A stretch of 64,000 bases of DNA, taken from Bigelowiella natans CCMP2755 (Eukaryota; Protista; Cercozoa). Each line of letters starts with the position of its first letter. Within the stretch, counting starts at the first letter, position 1. Position numbers and translations under genes: made by a program. This document shows, piece by piece, positions 25,569-38,577 of this stretch. Below the pieces are notes generated by a model, which saw only the letters and a program-made list of their open reading frames with translations, did no database searches and was not told the DNA's origin. The DNA lies in assembly GCA_000320545.1 (NCBI GenBank), contig ADNK01001883.1, positions 42,036 through 106,035 of the forward strand, read 5' to 3'.

Positions 25569-27449
25569 TTTTTGATTGGCTACATACTTCATTGCACGTA
25601 CACAATGGATAATGCCCCTAAAACATATTTCAGGCAAGTTACGACAGTTATCTGGTTTACCGTGATTTCGCCGAGGTGGTTAACTTCCTTGCTAGGCAGA
25701 ACGACACGTTGGCTGTGAAGGGCCTTACGATGCTGCATAGTTTTACTCCTCCATGGTGCACCCCTTACAGCCCAGACGGATCCACCAACAACTGCATCGA
25801 TGTCAAAGCTGAGCAGATTTCCCTAGACCAGGGAATTATGCAACAGATGATCATAAATCTACGAATGCCCTTTACAATGAGCTGGTGGGGGAATGAAGGC
25901 CTCACAGCCATTTTGACACAGAAAGTAACAAATGGCCTACCTTACATCGCCAAGGCGGGCTACTTACCTCCGAGTAAGTGGAAAAGAGCGCTTCTCTCTT
26001 CTCTCTGAATAACACAGTATATAGGCAACATACTTTCCTTCGCCTTTAAAAACAAGAACACTTTTTATCACATCAAGGAAATGTTCTCGCTGTCATCAGA
26101 AGTCATGATATCGCCTCTGAGTCTTACAATTGTTGTGCTTCTGAATTCTGATGCTAATACCACCTAACCCGTCCTCTGATTTGGCGCAGACTACCTTGGT
26201 GTAAATGCGCCAAGGGCAGTGCGAATGCTGTTTCCTCCTTATTCAGAGGCGTGCTATGCTAATAACACGGGATCACTCAATGGTGCCGGCTCTATCGATT
26301 GCGACTTTCCGCTCCTTCAGCTACGCAAACTCGCAAATCCCCGTATTCTGGATAACGGGCCGAAGTCGCCTTTTCGAGACCTCTCCAAGTAATGAAACTC
26401 TGTTAAGAAATCCAAACGTTCCATCTCCACTTGGCAGCAGAATATTGAGCTTCTCCCTTGCGCACTCTAAATCACTGGCAGGGACGATCAATCCCAATGT
26501 ATGAATGATATGCCGGACTGACAGTCTTTCGAATGTCCTCCTCAGGTTTGTGCGCCAGGTGTCCATAAGCAAATCGGAGCTGGATTTCATGTGGGTAGAC
26601 AGCTACATATGCGGCAACTACTCGGCATGCAACGATTGGGTCACAGCCTGTAACTTTCTCAAGCAAAACACGCATTGGAGATCATGGGCACAGAGCACCT
26701 ACGAGGCGCCTACGCGCCTCGACTGGACGCTGCAGGAAAATAGCAAAATTGTTGTGTCTTCTCTCTCGAATCTGGGCATCGCAATTTGCGTCATCATCTC
26801 TATCTTGTTGGTTGTGTACCGAGACGCCGACGTGATCAGGGCAATATCGAGGGCTTACTCCCTTCTAACTCTCGTCGGCATTGCTATTACGATTGCAAGC
26901 GCGCAGCTCTTCACCATCAACGCTCCGACCAAGTCACAATGCACAGCACAGCTGTGGATTCCACCCCTTGGAATCACCGTTGCGCTGTCGGCTTTGGGGG
27001 CCAAAACGTACCGGATCTATCGAATTTTTACCATGACTCTCGATAACCGGTCTCTAATATCCGACTTCGCGCTGTTCCGCTATGCGGCCAGTGCGTGGGT
27101 TATGACGACCGTCGCTCTCGGAATCGTCCAGGCTTTGGCGCCACCAAATCCGAAGGAGGTCATAATGAGGACGAATTTATTTTTAAAAAATGTACTGAGC
27201 TTTGAGTAGGAGTAATGACAACAGTTGCGTTAGCTGCAGAGTGTGTTGTTGTTTCGATATTTCCTTTTATATTGAGGACGTGAGAGAGTGAGAGACTTCC
27301 TACGTTATTCTTATGGGGATTTGATGATATATGATGCAATCCAATTGGATGATGAATAACACCATAGGTTATATTGGAGGAAAATAACACCATCACAACA
27401 TATCGTGTCTGTTCCTTCACTACGAGCGCCTACTTTGCAGTTGTCGCGG

Positions 27450-27495
<46 letters not shown>

Positions 27496-28559
27496 TGTAC
27501 ATGTGTATGCTAGTGACCCTTACTGTTGCTTCTCCACACTCACCGCTCCACCCACTCCCTGCCATTTCGCCACTAATTTTCTACCACGATCGGCCAGGTG
27601 CTCGGATTTCAAGTGCTGATCATAACAAAGTTGGCATACGATGCAAGGTCTGCCCCTGGTCAGTTTAATGAGGCCAAGGTATTTATCTAGCTACGAAGAA
27701 TAAATAATCTTGCGATTCAAGGCATTTCTGGAGCTATATTCCTCCCTCCCATCGTTCTTATCAATTCTCGCCATCATCGTCGTCGTCGTCGTCGATCGTG
27801 TGTTATTATCGTTTGCTGTTGTTTCCGAAGGAACTTGGACTTTCGATGTACACTTTGGTAGTGTCGGGCCTGATCGGCACTCCTCTTATCTCATGGTTCC
27901 ATTCACGTCGAGAATTTGACGCCTTCTACACCGCCACTGGCCTCCTGCTTACGCTTCCTGCTGCGATCCTCATCGTCTTCCTCTATGCATTGAGACTTGC
28001 CGCTGCGATGTTTGGCTTTGACTTTGAAGATGCAAGATCGGGGACTTCTACGGTAAGTGGGAACCAGCACTTCAACTCCTGACCGACGATATGAATAACT
28101 ACACAACACGCATCAGGACACTCAAAGCTAATAACCTCACTTATTTCAAACATCATACGCAGCAGCAGCAGCAGCAGCATCGTAATCATCCCTCGCTCAC
28201 CGACACTTACGATTGAAACTCAGATCGATAGAACGTCCCGCATGGCCAACGGATCGCGGTCGTTGAAGGACCAGAAGTCCATCCGCTTCGCGAACTATTC
28301 CCGCTCGAAGAAGTCGGTTCAAATCACTTCCGTGCGGGTGATGCGCAGCAATAGCCCTGGCCCACAAGACACAGTAACAGTTATCCGCCAAGAATCGGAC
28401 GCTCTTCGTTTGTCCTCGCATCGTCGAGGCCCATCAACTTTTGACCGTTTATCTCACAGACGAACCCCGACTTCATCAGGCCATGTTGTGAGTGAAATCC
28501 GATCGGTAATGACCTTGACCTCTTTCGATTATTGTCACTCCAGCATTTCTCACTCGTAG
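24551..28559 (+). CDS. Class C (GABA-B-like, 7tm_3) GPCR with OpuAC/ProX-like substrate-binding ectodomain, multi-exon
   Basis: Signal-like MHFLSLFLLILPDTVEG (ATG 24620; alternative ATG 24551). Spliced SVRILAMMTAIVGEELMGYSTSYV..AARIANGYTDLLLEY and GPIGYTSQAAFYIP are betaine-binding-protein-like. VIRAISRAYSLLTLVG..CTAQLWIPPLGITVALSALGAKTYRIYRIF is a 7tm_3 TM2-TM3 signature. A Ser/Arg-rich tail runs to the stop at 28559. Confidence 0.8.
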
Positions 28560-29591
28560 TTGCTTCGAGGAGGGGTGTTATCTCAGGCGGGCGAATAGCC
28601 CAGATAAAAAACATGCCATTCTCATCTTTCCACTGATGATGCGTGTGCTTGTGTTCTCAGATAGTACAAACGAACAATGGCACTCCTACCGTCTCTACAG
28701 GTGCTAGCTCATCCCATGCTACTCGTCCATCGACGACTGCTGCATCCACTCCAAGTGCTCAGGATTAGTAAGACACGTGGAAGCAAAGACACACTGGTGT
28801 CATACTGATCATCATATTCGTGTTTTCCCTTCAATAATACCTTTCCCCCTCTCTCAACTCGGAATCCATGGGGTAACGTTTGAGTTGCATAATAGCCCCA
28901 GAAGCTTCGCATGATGTAAAAATTTCAACTTTCTCATTTCCTCTACGCTAGTACAATTTGTACTTCAAACAATGTAGTTTTGAAGAGTTTTGCTAAAGCA
29001 ACAAAGCTAGTGATCAAAGTCCCCACAAAATCGATCCAAAAAAATGATCGCAAGCACCACGCAGTAATAAGCACATATATTACTTTTCAATGCGGATATA
29101 CAGCTACCCTCTCTGGCATTTCTGTTGGTTCACGCAGAAATCAAATGCCTTAATTCAAAATAAGGCGCTATATAAATACGCGCACAAACAAATTAAGAAA
29201 GTATTTTTATTTGTGCTATAAGTGCAAGGGTCTATATACTCAATATGTGAAATATTATTACAAATGCGCTGTTCATATAGATATTGTCGCATATGTCATA
29301 TGCTATATGCTAGAAGCACATGCCAGCATCATAACAGCTCATGTATGTATTTAGTACCAATCTAGCAATGTTGTAAGTTACGCTTACCGCTATTGCACGA
29401 GCATGCCGTAAATTATTTCGATTTGTTTTAAATCTGTGGTTCAAGTCATCTGACGCGTCGTCGCGCGAAGCAAGCTACATACAACATGATCGATGTAATC
29501 TGAAGCATGTAATAGCATGCAATTTCGAATATCGATCATCATCGATGATAATGACTTGATCGTGCTCACCATCATCTATATTCATTGCGTA

Positions 29592-29995
29592 TTACAAAAG
29601 CACATGCGCCCACTCATCCACGCACTCCTCCGCACCGTACCAGTACCAGTCGTCTGGCGCTTTGATGGAATTGCCCGGGGAGGGGAGGAAACCAGTGTGC
29701 TTGGCACCATCAATAATGATACGGCGTACTTTCTCATCCTCAAGGAGTCCTGTCTCGATCTGATATTTGGTCGGCGAAATGTACCCAGTGGCGATTAACG
29801 AAGACGTCATGCGATGATAGCAGATGGATCAATATATGCCCAAATTGAACCAAAACACACACACACACGCACACATATACGCATGCACGCACATATGTAG
29901 ACACACAGGCATGTCTAACGTGGGCATTCATCACGTAGTTGCTTTGTTTCGATATGCTGTTCCTATGTTCTAACCTATGCCTGCACCCATGGTTG

Positions 29996-30045
<50 letters not shown>

Positions 30046-30313
30046 TTCCCTCTCAGATTGACTTTCAACGTCGTTCACAGAGTTCTCATCTTCTCTTCTT
30101 CTTCGTCTTCTTCTTCTACTTCTACTAAATGACTTCTCTTCTTTCTGTCTAATAACTTACCGGAACAATGCCGTCGCCATCGCTATTGCCGTTTCCGCAC
30201 AGCGGTAAGTAACTCACAAATGCGACGGTCGACTCTGAGAGGGGAGACAGCGGGAGCGCGGGGGGGGGGGGGGGAGGGAGTGATGAGTTAAGTTGTAAAG
30301 CAAAATCGTGATT

Positions 30314-30352
<39 letters not shown>

Positions 30353-30481
30353 GTGTATGTTTGTGTGTGTGTGCTGACGAACCAAGTGCCTCTAAGGACG
30401 ATGGCGAGCCAACATTGCCCCTCGTTGCATTGCCGACCACGCACACATACTGCGCTCCATCTATACACGCGCCTATTAGGG

Positions 30482-30528
<47 letters not shown>

Positions 30529-32828
30529 TAGGGGGAAGAAGCAGGAGGAGAATGAGGAGGAGGGGGAGGGGAACACCGTTGTCGCTCCATGTGCGTGTGC
30601 ATGTATGTATGTGCAGCACAGATGCAAACATGGGGAGGCAGTATAATCATAAGGGAAAACAAAAATAGTGATGCGGCGAAGGCCCATGACGTGAGCCAAA
30701 AAGGCAAACCGACCGCCAACCTTCTGAATGTCAGAGTAGCACACATGCTGCTGATTATATGTCCACCTGGAGATTGCTGGTTGACGAATTTAAGCAGGCC
30801 GCGCGTTTGATCAAATTGCGTCCATATGGTGCCTTCTGGGGGGGGGTTATGCGGCGTGCCGAGCGTTGTGACACTAGCAACGTAAGCCTGCTGCTCCTCC
30901 TCGCTCAGACGCTCGGTCAGCCATGAGCGCATGATCCATCCACCAATGCTGTGGCCGATGAAATTCATCTTGACTCCAGGGTGCCTAGGAAGAGGAGGAG
31001 GAGGAGGAGGAAACAGAGTAGAATTTAAAGAGACCGCATGCAGGGAGGGAGGGGAGGGACGCGAGATAAGAACACCCCGAGTCATCATGCATGCATGCAT
31101 GCAATGCGTACGTTTTCTTCGCCTTGGCGAACGCTCGATCGATAGCTTCGTAGTAAAACTGAAGCGCCTTGCCGGGCTTCAGTGTGCCCTGCCAGTAGTC
31201 GGAGGAGAGTGTCGCAGGAAGAATACGCAGCCATTCAGGTCTGCTAAGATCCGCCTGTTTTGTTGGTTGGAACATCATCATTTATCATCACCATCCTCGT
31301 TTTTTTACACATGATGTATATCATCATCATTGCCACCAGAAAGGAGGGAATCGACTTGGCAGAACAACACCGCCTGAGATCGTCATAATCGACGACAACG
31401 AACTACTACCGTGTACACGCCTCGGTGGCCTCTTGCTGCAAGGCGCTGGATAAGCTCGTCGTAGTCTTCGGAGACTGCAAACTGTGCCGGGCAAATGATG
31501 ACAGGCAGCTTTGTTGCCGCAGCGGAATCTGCTGGAAGTGTCGTGGGGATCTCGTCCTCATCAATAATGGCCTCCCCTCCCGCTGCCTCGTCTGCTTCTG
31601 TTGGCAGTTTCTTGGCTCGTTTGAAGACGAAGTAGGAACCCTACATGAAGTGATATCTTATCTGTTATTGAAGTTAATGCATCTTATACTGCTGCTGCTG
31701 CCACAACTACTACTCCTCTTCCTCCTCCTCCTACTCCTACTACTACTACTACTAGTACTTCTCACTTTGTTCCCCATAGAGACTCTGACGTCTTTGTCCA
31801 AATACACGGTGTCCAAGGACCCCAACGTCTCGTCTCCAAAGAGCGAAAGCAGCTTGAAAGGAACGGGGTATGGCACGCTTACAGGGCTACGAAGGGCGGG
31901 TATTACGATTAGTAACAAATTGTCGGGAAATCCTCTGTAATTCTGCACCGCCACCATTGCTACAACGTTTAAGAGGGAGGGAGGGGGGAGGGGGGGACCT
32001 AGAGAATGGCTTCCCGTCGATCGGAGAGCGCTTGAAGAGGAAATTTCCCTCGTCAAAACGGAATCGTATGAGCGAATCGTTGGGTTGGTCAACGACGAAC
32101 GCAGTGATGTTCAGGAAGACTCCATCAGAGAACTGAACGATATTCTCGAAGCGCATTTTGTCCTCAAGATCAAGCAGCTGATACACACCGTTTACCTGAC
32201 GTGTATTGCCAGTCACTAGAGCCTGGATGGGGCTTGGACCTTTGCCTGTCAGATACCTGATAAAGTCATGATTAGATCATGGTGATTACTCGGCAACAAC
32301 AGTTGGCTCTCTTCCTTTGTAGTTTTCCCTTCTTCTTCTTCTTCTTATTCTTATTCTTCTTCTTCTTATTCTTCTTGTAATGTCTATACTTTGTCATCAC
32401 TTACTTCCTCCAGCTATCAAAGTCTGTGAAGGAAACGTTCGCTCCGGGTTTGAACGTGCATATTAGCTGCCACTTCCCAGGAAGCTCTGGCGACTCGTTG
32501 GCATTTCCGACAGGGTTCTTTGCTTGCAACTCGCGGATCACTCGTTCTAACTGTTTGGTTGTTGTCGTTGTCATTGGTACTATTGCTTTTGATGTAGTTG
32601 TTACAATCGATGATATTGTTTGTCCTTGTCGCTTTAGACAATGCGTCGGTGTCGAAGCAAATCAGCGCGTTGTCTCACTTTCTCGTGCGGGATTTTCTAC
32701 GTGTCTTTTTTGATGTTCGTGTTTATTTGACTGCAGATAAATGTGAGTGCGGATCGGTGAACTAACGCTCTATAATTGTTTTCAGAACGAGTGGTCTAAA
32801 ACGATACGACATGGCAATTATTATGGCT

Positions 32829-32865
<37 letters not shown>

Positions 32866-33399
32866 CCATATCCTCTTTATCACCCCAATTCACCTGTGCT
32901 TGTTCGTCGTTCGATAAGCTCTGTCCCCGTTTAATCGACGGTGTGTCCTCCAATAAGCTAAATAGCTCGCTTTTCAAGTTTGAGAGGGTTGAGGAAGCAT
33001 CACTCCCTGCACCAGGTCTCATCAGGCCTCTTGCCCTCCTAAAGGGCTCGCGCCGACCCTTTGCAAAACAACAGCGAAGATCCAAATTGGTGAGGTTTCT
33101 TGGATGGCTACGATTACCCAGGTAGTGTTATCAATCATTCTTATGTTCAACGGTATCGATTATGGTACAGTCACTATCTTCCGTCGTACGAGCTCATTGA
33201 TTACCATAATGATTGGCGCGTTTGCTCTCCGTTTCCACGAAACTCTTTGCAACGGTGCAGATTGTGGGATTGATGTCGGTAAGAAAGGCTGAATACGAGC
33301 CGTTGTTGTCGAGGCTTGGAGGGAGGGGCTCATAGTGCCTGCTGCCCCAAATGTGGCGACGAGGAGGAGAGCCAAAGATCCTGCTGTCGCAATTAGCAT
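29592..33399 (-). CDS. Plastid-targeted PAP/fibrillin domain fused to an alpha/beta-hydrolase (lipase/PGAP1-like), multi-exon
   Basis: MLIATAGSLALLLVATFGAAG is a signal peptide followed by an S/T/R-rich transit-like segment. Fibrillin motifs: LKSELFSLL, ELQAKNP..LPGKWQLICT, VYQLLD..ENIV, LDTVYLDKDVRVSMGNKGSYFVFKR. Hydrolase motifs: GHSIGG, VTTLGTPH, GDGIVP, GAKH..WYG. Confidence 0.85.
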
Positions 33400-33780
33400 T
33401 GTAGGGAGACGGTACTGGCTTTCGCGCAACCATTGGCGTCTAGAGAGCAGATAAATTATACCTCTTGGTGTCACATGTCATGAACGGCTTGATGCAAATT
33501 TACCCTCCTTCCCTCCCCCCCCTCTCTCTCTCCCTTTCGCTCTTGCACCATCTAACACACGCATCGACAGAACAGGGAGGGCTCTATGGATAATCTCATT
33601 CTTCCTCCAACTCTCTACCTGGTCCTCACGAGGGGTCGCGATTGGTCTGCTAAGCCCACGTCGACGCCGCCTGAGGCGACGGGGCTCCGGCGTCCAGCCA
33701 TTTCTCTGGGAAATTCAAGGGGGTTTTTTAGATGCGACAACGAATAAATCACATTTTTTTATTGGACATCGTGCAACGAA

Positions 33781-34550
33781 GTCAAACTCCCGCTGAGATC
33801 GCAGAGCACGTCGCAAATCGGCTTCCGGCTGTCTTCATCCAAGTTTCTTTCTTGCAGAAGTGTGCAAGCCAACTCGTACACTCACTGCTGTTTGAAGTGC
33901 TTAGTTCAAATGAGGTTTTGTCAACGTCGGTGGGTGTGACGTTTTCCAGCTGCTGGCCTGCCCAGAGCTTTGAGCGCTCTGAGACGGCATGCTAGCACGT
34001 CCGAACTGCTAGACTGCAGGTGACTGGAGTCATGCACACCTTCAACGTGCCATTGGTCATCCACGTGTGCCAATTCCCATGCGTGAAGTGAATGACACGT
34101 GTGCAACCTCTGGGCCTTGTGCAGAAGTGTGAAACACAGGGCGTGAACAAAGTTCACCGCGTGTGCCTGACTGCAGTTCGCAAAGCTGCACAGATGAACT
34201 CATGACACATCTAGACATGCCACCTAGCGCCTACCCAGCCGTCTCAGAGTCTCGTCAGGGCTCATGTTCGGCCATCGAGGCTGCACGTGGTGGGCACAGC
34301 GACTGTCATGTGCCAGCATGAGCACAGCGATCTAGCGATGGGCATTGCTGCAACACGCATGTTTGTGCGATGACGACGCCACAGCCGCAGCAGAATGTCA
34401 ACCTGGCTCTCAAATGCTCATGTGTGCGCAAGAGGAGGGAGAACAGGGTTAGAGGCTCATTCGTGTGCACTAGCGCAGTAGGTCTCGAAAAACAGATGAA
34501 TTGCACATGCACATTCATGCATGCGATGCACACAGCAGCGGATCACCCAA
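33781..34550. other. TpA-depleted, CA/TG-rich intergenic tract (possibly a hypermutated relic)
   Basis: A manual count finds 11 TA dinucleotides in 770 bp, against ~40 expected at this composition. Contexts: 6 CTAG, 2 TTAG, 1 GTAG, 1 CTAC, 1 GTAC. Confidence 0.75.
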
Positions 34551-34690
34551 GACAGGTAAAGCAACATTCAGACACAAACTAAATTCAAGTTTGCATGTCA
34601 GCGCTTGATTTTTTGCTTTTTTACGCACTTATTGAGGCGTTTGAGAACACGTAAACAATTTAATCTAGATTCGATTCAACATCAAAAATC

Positions 34691-37382
34691 CTAATTCTTT
34701 TTGCTCTTTCCGCGAAGCTTTTTCATAACCTGTGCAACACCGAGCGGATATCAGTGGATGTCGATGCATTGTTCGGGTCGATAATTACCATAGCCATGAT
34801 CTGCCCGTACCACATCAGGTTTAGCATGAAGGGAATCGGCACAGTGCTGAAAGAGTTGATAACAACAAAAGATAATATCAGGTAAACGAGATATTAAAAG
34901 ATGCAACGTATTTTTCTGAGCACTGCTTTCTCATAGCACTGAAATTGGGAAAATCTATGTTTCATAGCTGAGCTATCTTATGTACACTGACAGTAAGCAG
35001 AGAATCTTGTCAACAAACTCAAGCTTCGAGTAGTCTCCCATAGCCAAGAAATACACCAGCAACTGGTAGCAAGAAGGAAGACCAAAACAGAACAGAGTCG
35101 TAAGGATATCACATATACCAAATCATAATGAACTTGCTTTCAAACAAAAGAACCACCCACCCCAAGCTCAACCCTAAAAACGGAACCTCATACCGGTATC
35201 GGGACTATTCTCACAATGGTAAACTGGATGATCCACATGATACTGAGAGGACGGAAGCAGGAAAACATATAAAATAACATATAAGAAGAAACCAGGTTAA
35301 ATCAAAGGAACGTGCAGAGACTGCTTCTGTAGATTGCTCGTAAAATGCAGGTCATTTATTGCAAAATTTCTTAGATGTCGACACAGATCAGCATGTCTCC
35401 ACATATCAAGACGAGCATTGCCATCATTGTCGACGTCATTGTCATCGTCGTAGGACAACACCTAATGCATTGGCCTGGAAGCGTAGAATCACCATATCCG
35501 AGAATGTCCAAAATGCTTCTAAAAATTATTCGGTGCATTAACACTGGAAGGATATGAGAACAGCTAGCGCCGTGGCGAGAGCTAATGGTATATACTGAGT
35601 ATAGGGGATAAGGAATGGCAGGTGCTATCTAATCTGCAAATTGCAACAACAGTGCATCGTTCTTTGAGCTACTCGCTCAGCATATTTCAAATTTGGATTT
35701 TTTTAAAGCTATAGCTCTATAGTTCTCAACTCTCCTCTTGCTACCGGCCGTTGAGCCCGCAGTTGGTGATCTCTGTGAACATGAAGTACCCAACTGCCCA
35801 CGACATTGCATTCTTGGTCACGGCGTAAGGCCTTTGAGCATACAATGCGTATTGGTTAGATTTGGAGAAATTTCGAACAAAAATTGAAATTGAAGGCTCC
35901 TATTTTGCGATGGCTGGGCGTCTTTTCAAAGCGAATATTGTCGCTGAATTCAAATTGTAGGACACTTTCTGCACCCTGCGAAAGTTGACGAAGGGAAATG
36001 GTTTCTCCTCATACAGGGAAGATGGGGATGTATCGTATTACCAGCACAGGATCGACAGGATGTGGTGCATTAGCATCTGGTAAAAGCTGTGACCGAAATT
36101 TAGTCATTGAGATAAGTAAACAAATAACACGGAGTACGCATATCTATATTGATAGGATGTGGCATCTGCGTTCAGATTAGTCTACACTAGTGGAAGGAGG
36201 GAAGGGGGGTTGGGGAAGGGGAGATGGGGGGAAAGAGGGAGAGAGGGAGCTCCGTATTCGCATCATTCCCAAGCATATACGAACAAAATGCAGCGCCTAG
36301 AGAGAGGGGGGGGGGTGGAGAGATCTAGAGGTATCTCATGCAAGGAATGCAAACGCCGCGGCTTCGCCACAACATACAGTGTTTTTCCAATCTGTCCCTT
36401 TCTCCTGAGATACGCAATTTGGACAACACCGCCACAACCACAATCAGTCTAGTTTCCAAGAAAGAAAGGAAAAGCGACGAGGGAACTGTGTAGACGAGGA
36501 GAAGGCGAACGATTGGAAATAAGGTAGTATGGGAAGTTGTAAGCAGTATCAGTTCATTGATTTCTCACGACTGTCATCACCTGAGCTCCTTTTTTTTGGG
36601 TCGGATAAGGTCATTGTAAAACCACAGCATGCATACCAGGTCGTAAGTCATGTAGCCTGATGAGCAGCAAATCGCAACAGATCATCTCAGCGCCCATTCA
36701 ATATGAGAGAGGCATTGCGAGAATAATCCCGCAGTAACATCCTCACCAATTGAGATAGCGCACGACTTCAAGATCGTTTCATGTGTTATCATTGTACTGG
36801 ATAGTGAGATTAAACGTCAATTTGAGGATTAGAAAGCGGAGAATGAAGCAGAATGTTGGATGAGAATGAAGAAGAATATAAGAAAATAATAAAAGTTATG
36901 ACAAAATAGGAAGAAAAAGCAAGTTGAACAAAGCTCAATCCAATGATTTCAACACTAAAAATTCTAGTATCATTACGGAAGGATGCTTGGGTCATTAAGG
37001 CCTTTTTTGACAAAATCTACGACGCCTGGCCAAACGGTGTAGGGAACCATCGCAGCTGGGATTATACCCGAGGTTATTCCACTCGCCAAGCCTAGTCTTT
37101 CCACCGGAGCATAAGATGAGGGCCTGATCATAGTGTTCAAGAAATAGCTTAAAAACACGCAACTTAGAAAACTTTGCTAATCGAAGAATCATCACAAACC
37201 CGAACAATTTGACGAGAGCCAGTAATATTAGAAATGTAGAAGAGCACAGTACAAAGTATAGGAGGTAGTATTTCTCGAAGATTTCTGGGAGGAACCCTGG
37301 AACCGGGATCCCATCGAGGATCCTGAAAAACAACAGATTTCCGAAGCATCAGGTTTTGAAAATTTGGCCCAAAGAACACCAT
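34691..37382 (-). CDS. TLC (TRAM/LAG1/CLN8) domain membrane protein, intron-rich; start approximate
   Basis: Joined exons give SCAISIGYMTYDLVCML, AVGYFMFTEITNCGLNGR, IMWIIQFTIVRIVPIP and PFMLNLMWYGQIMAMVMKKLRGKSKKN*, matching the TLC YD..E..N..R..LN.xW motifs. The tail is di-lysine ER-retrieval-like; stop at 34691-34693. Confidence 0.8.
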
Positions 37383-38064
37383 ATTTTGTATCTCTCCAGA
37401 TTCTAAGTCTGGATGACAGACAGAGTGAACTCAGCCTTTTTTTTAAATTCTTTTTGGAATGACTTGCAGATCATTCGCATGATTCCTGTTGACACCTGTT
37501 CCCTCTCCCCCCCCCCCCCCCTTCATCTATCTTTCCAAGCCTAGCTTCCTCTGCAACATATAATTTCCTTGCACGAAAATATTCGAAAGTGTCGTCGGCT
37601 TGCGTGGTGTGGCTACTGCTTATTCTGCGTTGTTAGTGGTGTTTAGGCGACGTGTCAAGCGTCAGCTCCATTGGCAACGTGTGGGTGTGATCTCAGATTT
37701 GCATTTGCAGAGCCGAATGACGGCAGTTCTTTGCCTGTGACACAGAAAACATGCACAGATTGTTAGAATTGCTAGAAAAATTGAAGGATTTCGCGAAGAG
37801 GGTTGTCGCTCACGGGGCCAAGCATGGAAAATCTATGATTTCTATAAATATCGAAGATATTACCTATTTACGAAGGACGACACGATTATCGTGTTGTCGC
37901 ATACGTGATTCGTCGGACGCCCCTACCGCCGTATCTCGAGGTATCTCTTGAGGTATCCTATCTCATCGGAGCGGGCATTGATCGGACGGCGGAAGCAGGA
38001 CGGGGATTGGGATCCAGTGAGATCTATTCCGGGTTTACTTGAGAAGAAGGTTTTGAGACTGAAG

Positions 38065-38577
38065 ATGCCTTCGCTCCTTTACGACCTCGCTCTGGCTTAC
38101 AAAAGCCGAGGAATTGTGCTGGTTTACGAAGGAGTGATTCCGCTCGCCGCTTTGCTTGGAAACTGGTCAAAGGAAAGGACTGTCAGCTTAATTGCGTTAT
38201 GCACGCTTTATGATACGGCTACAAATTGGCGCATTGACAACGTTATCCACCACATCGTTACTGTAGGGGGCATTGCCGCGTGTCCCACCAGCTGGTATAA
38301 GCTCATCATGACCGAGTGCATGGTCTGCGGCGTCCTCATCCCCTGGCCGATCCGAGGGTTATTGTCACGAGAAAACAATAACATAATCCGTCGCTTCAAT
38401 AAATTCGTACGGCCACTTGTATTGGTCTATTTTTGGCGTCAGTGCTTACTGAAATCGAGGGAGGACAGTGGAGTTAGTGTCGCATTCATCAACGTGTTCC
38501 ACTCCATCATGCTCCTTCTCCAGTTTTGGTACACCAAGAACTGGTGGGGATTTAAGAAAAAAAAGAGCAAATCGTAG
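38065..38577 (+). CDS. Small intronless TLC-like membrane protein (170 aa)
   Basis: LYDTA..VIHHIVT..MTE..FVR..LQFWY motif order is typical of TLC domains, with a lysine-rich C-terminus KKKKSKS. The first ATG is at 38065; the ORF-track start at 37948 is TTG. Confidence 0.65.
   Translation: MPSLLYDLALAYKSRGIVLVYEGVIPLAALLGNWSKERTVSLIALCTLYDTATNWRIDNVIHHIVTVGGIAACPTSWYKLIMTECMVCGVLIPWPIRGLLSRENNNIIRRFNKFVRPLVLVYFWRQCLLKSREDSGVSVAFINVFHSIMLLLQFWYTKNWWGFKKKKSKS

Noticed and set aside
1041-28559. Gbeta-like gene and GPCR as a functional signalling cluster
   Set aside because: They are separated by three unrelated genes, and proximity alone is not evidence.
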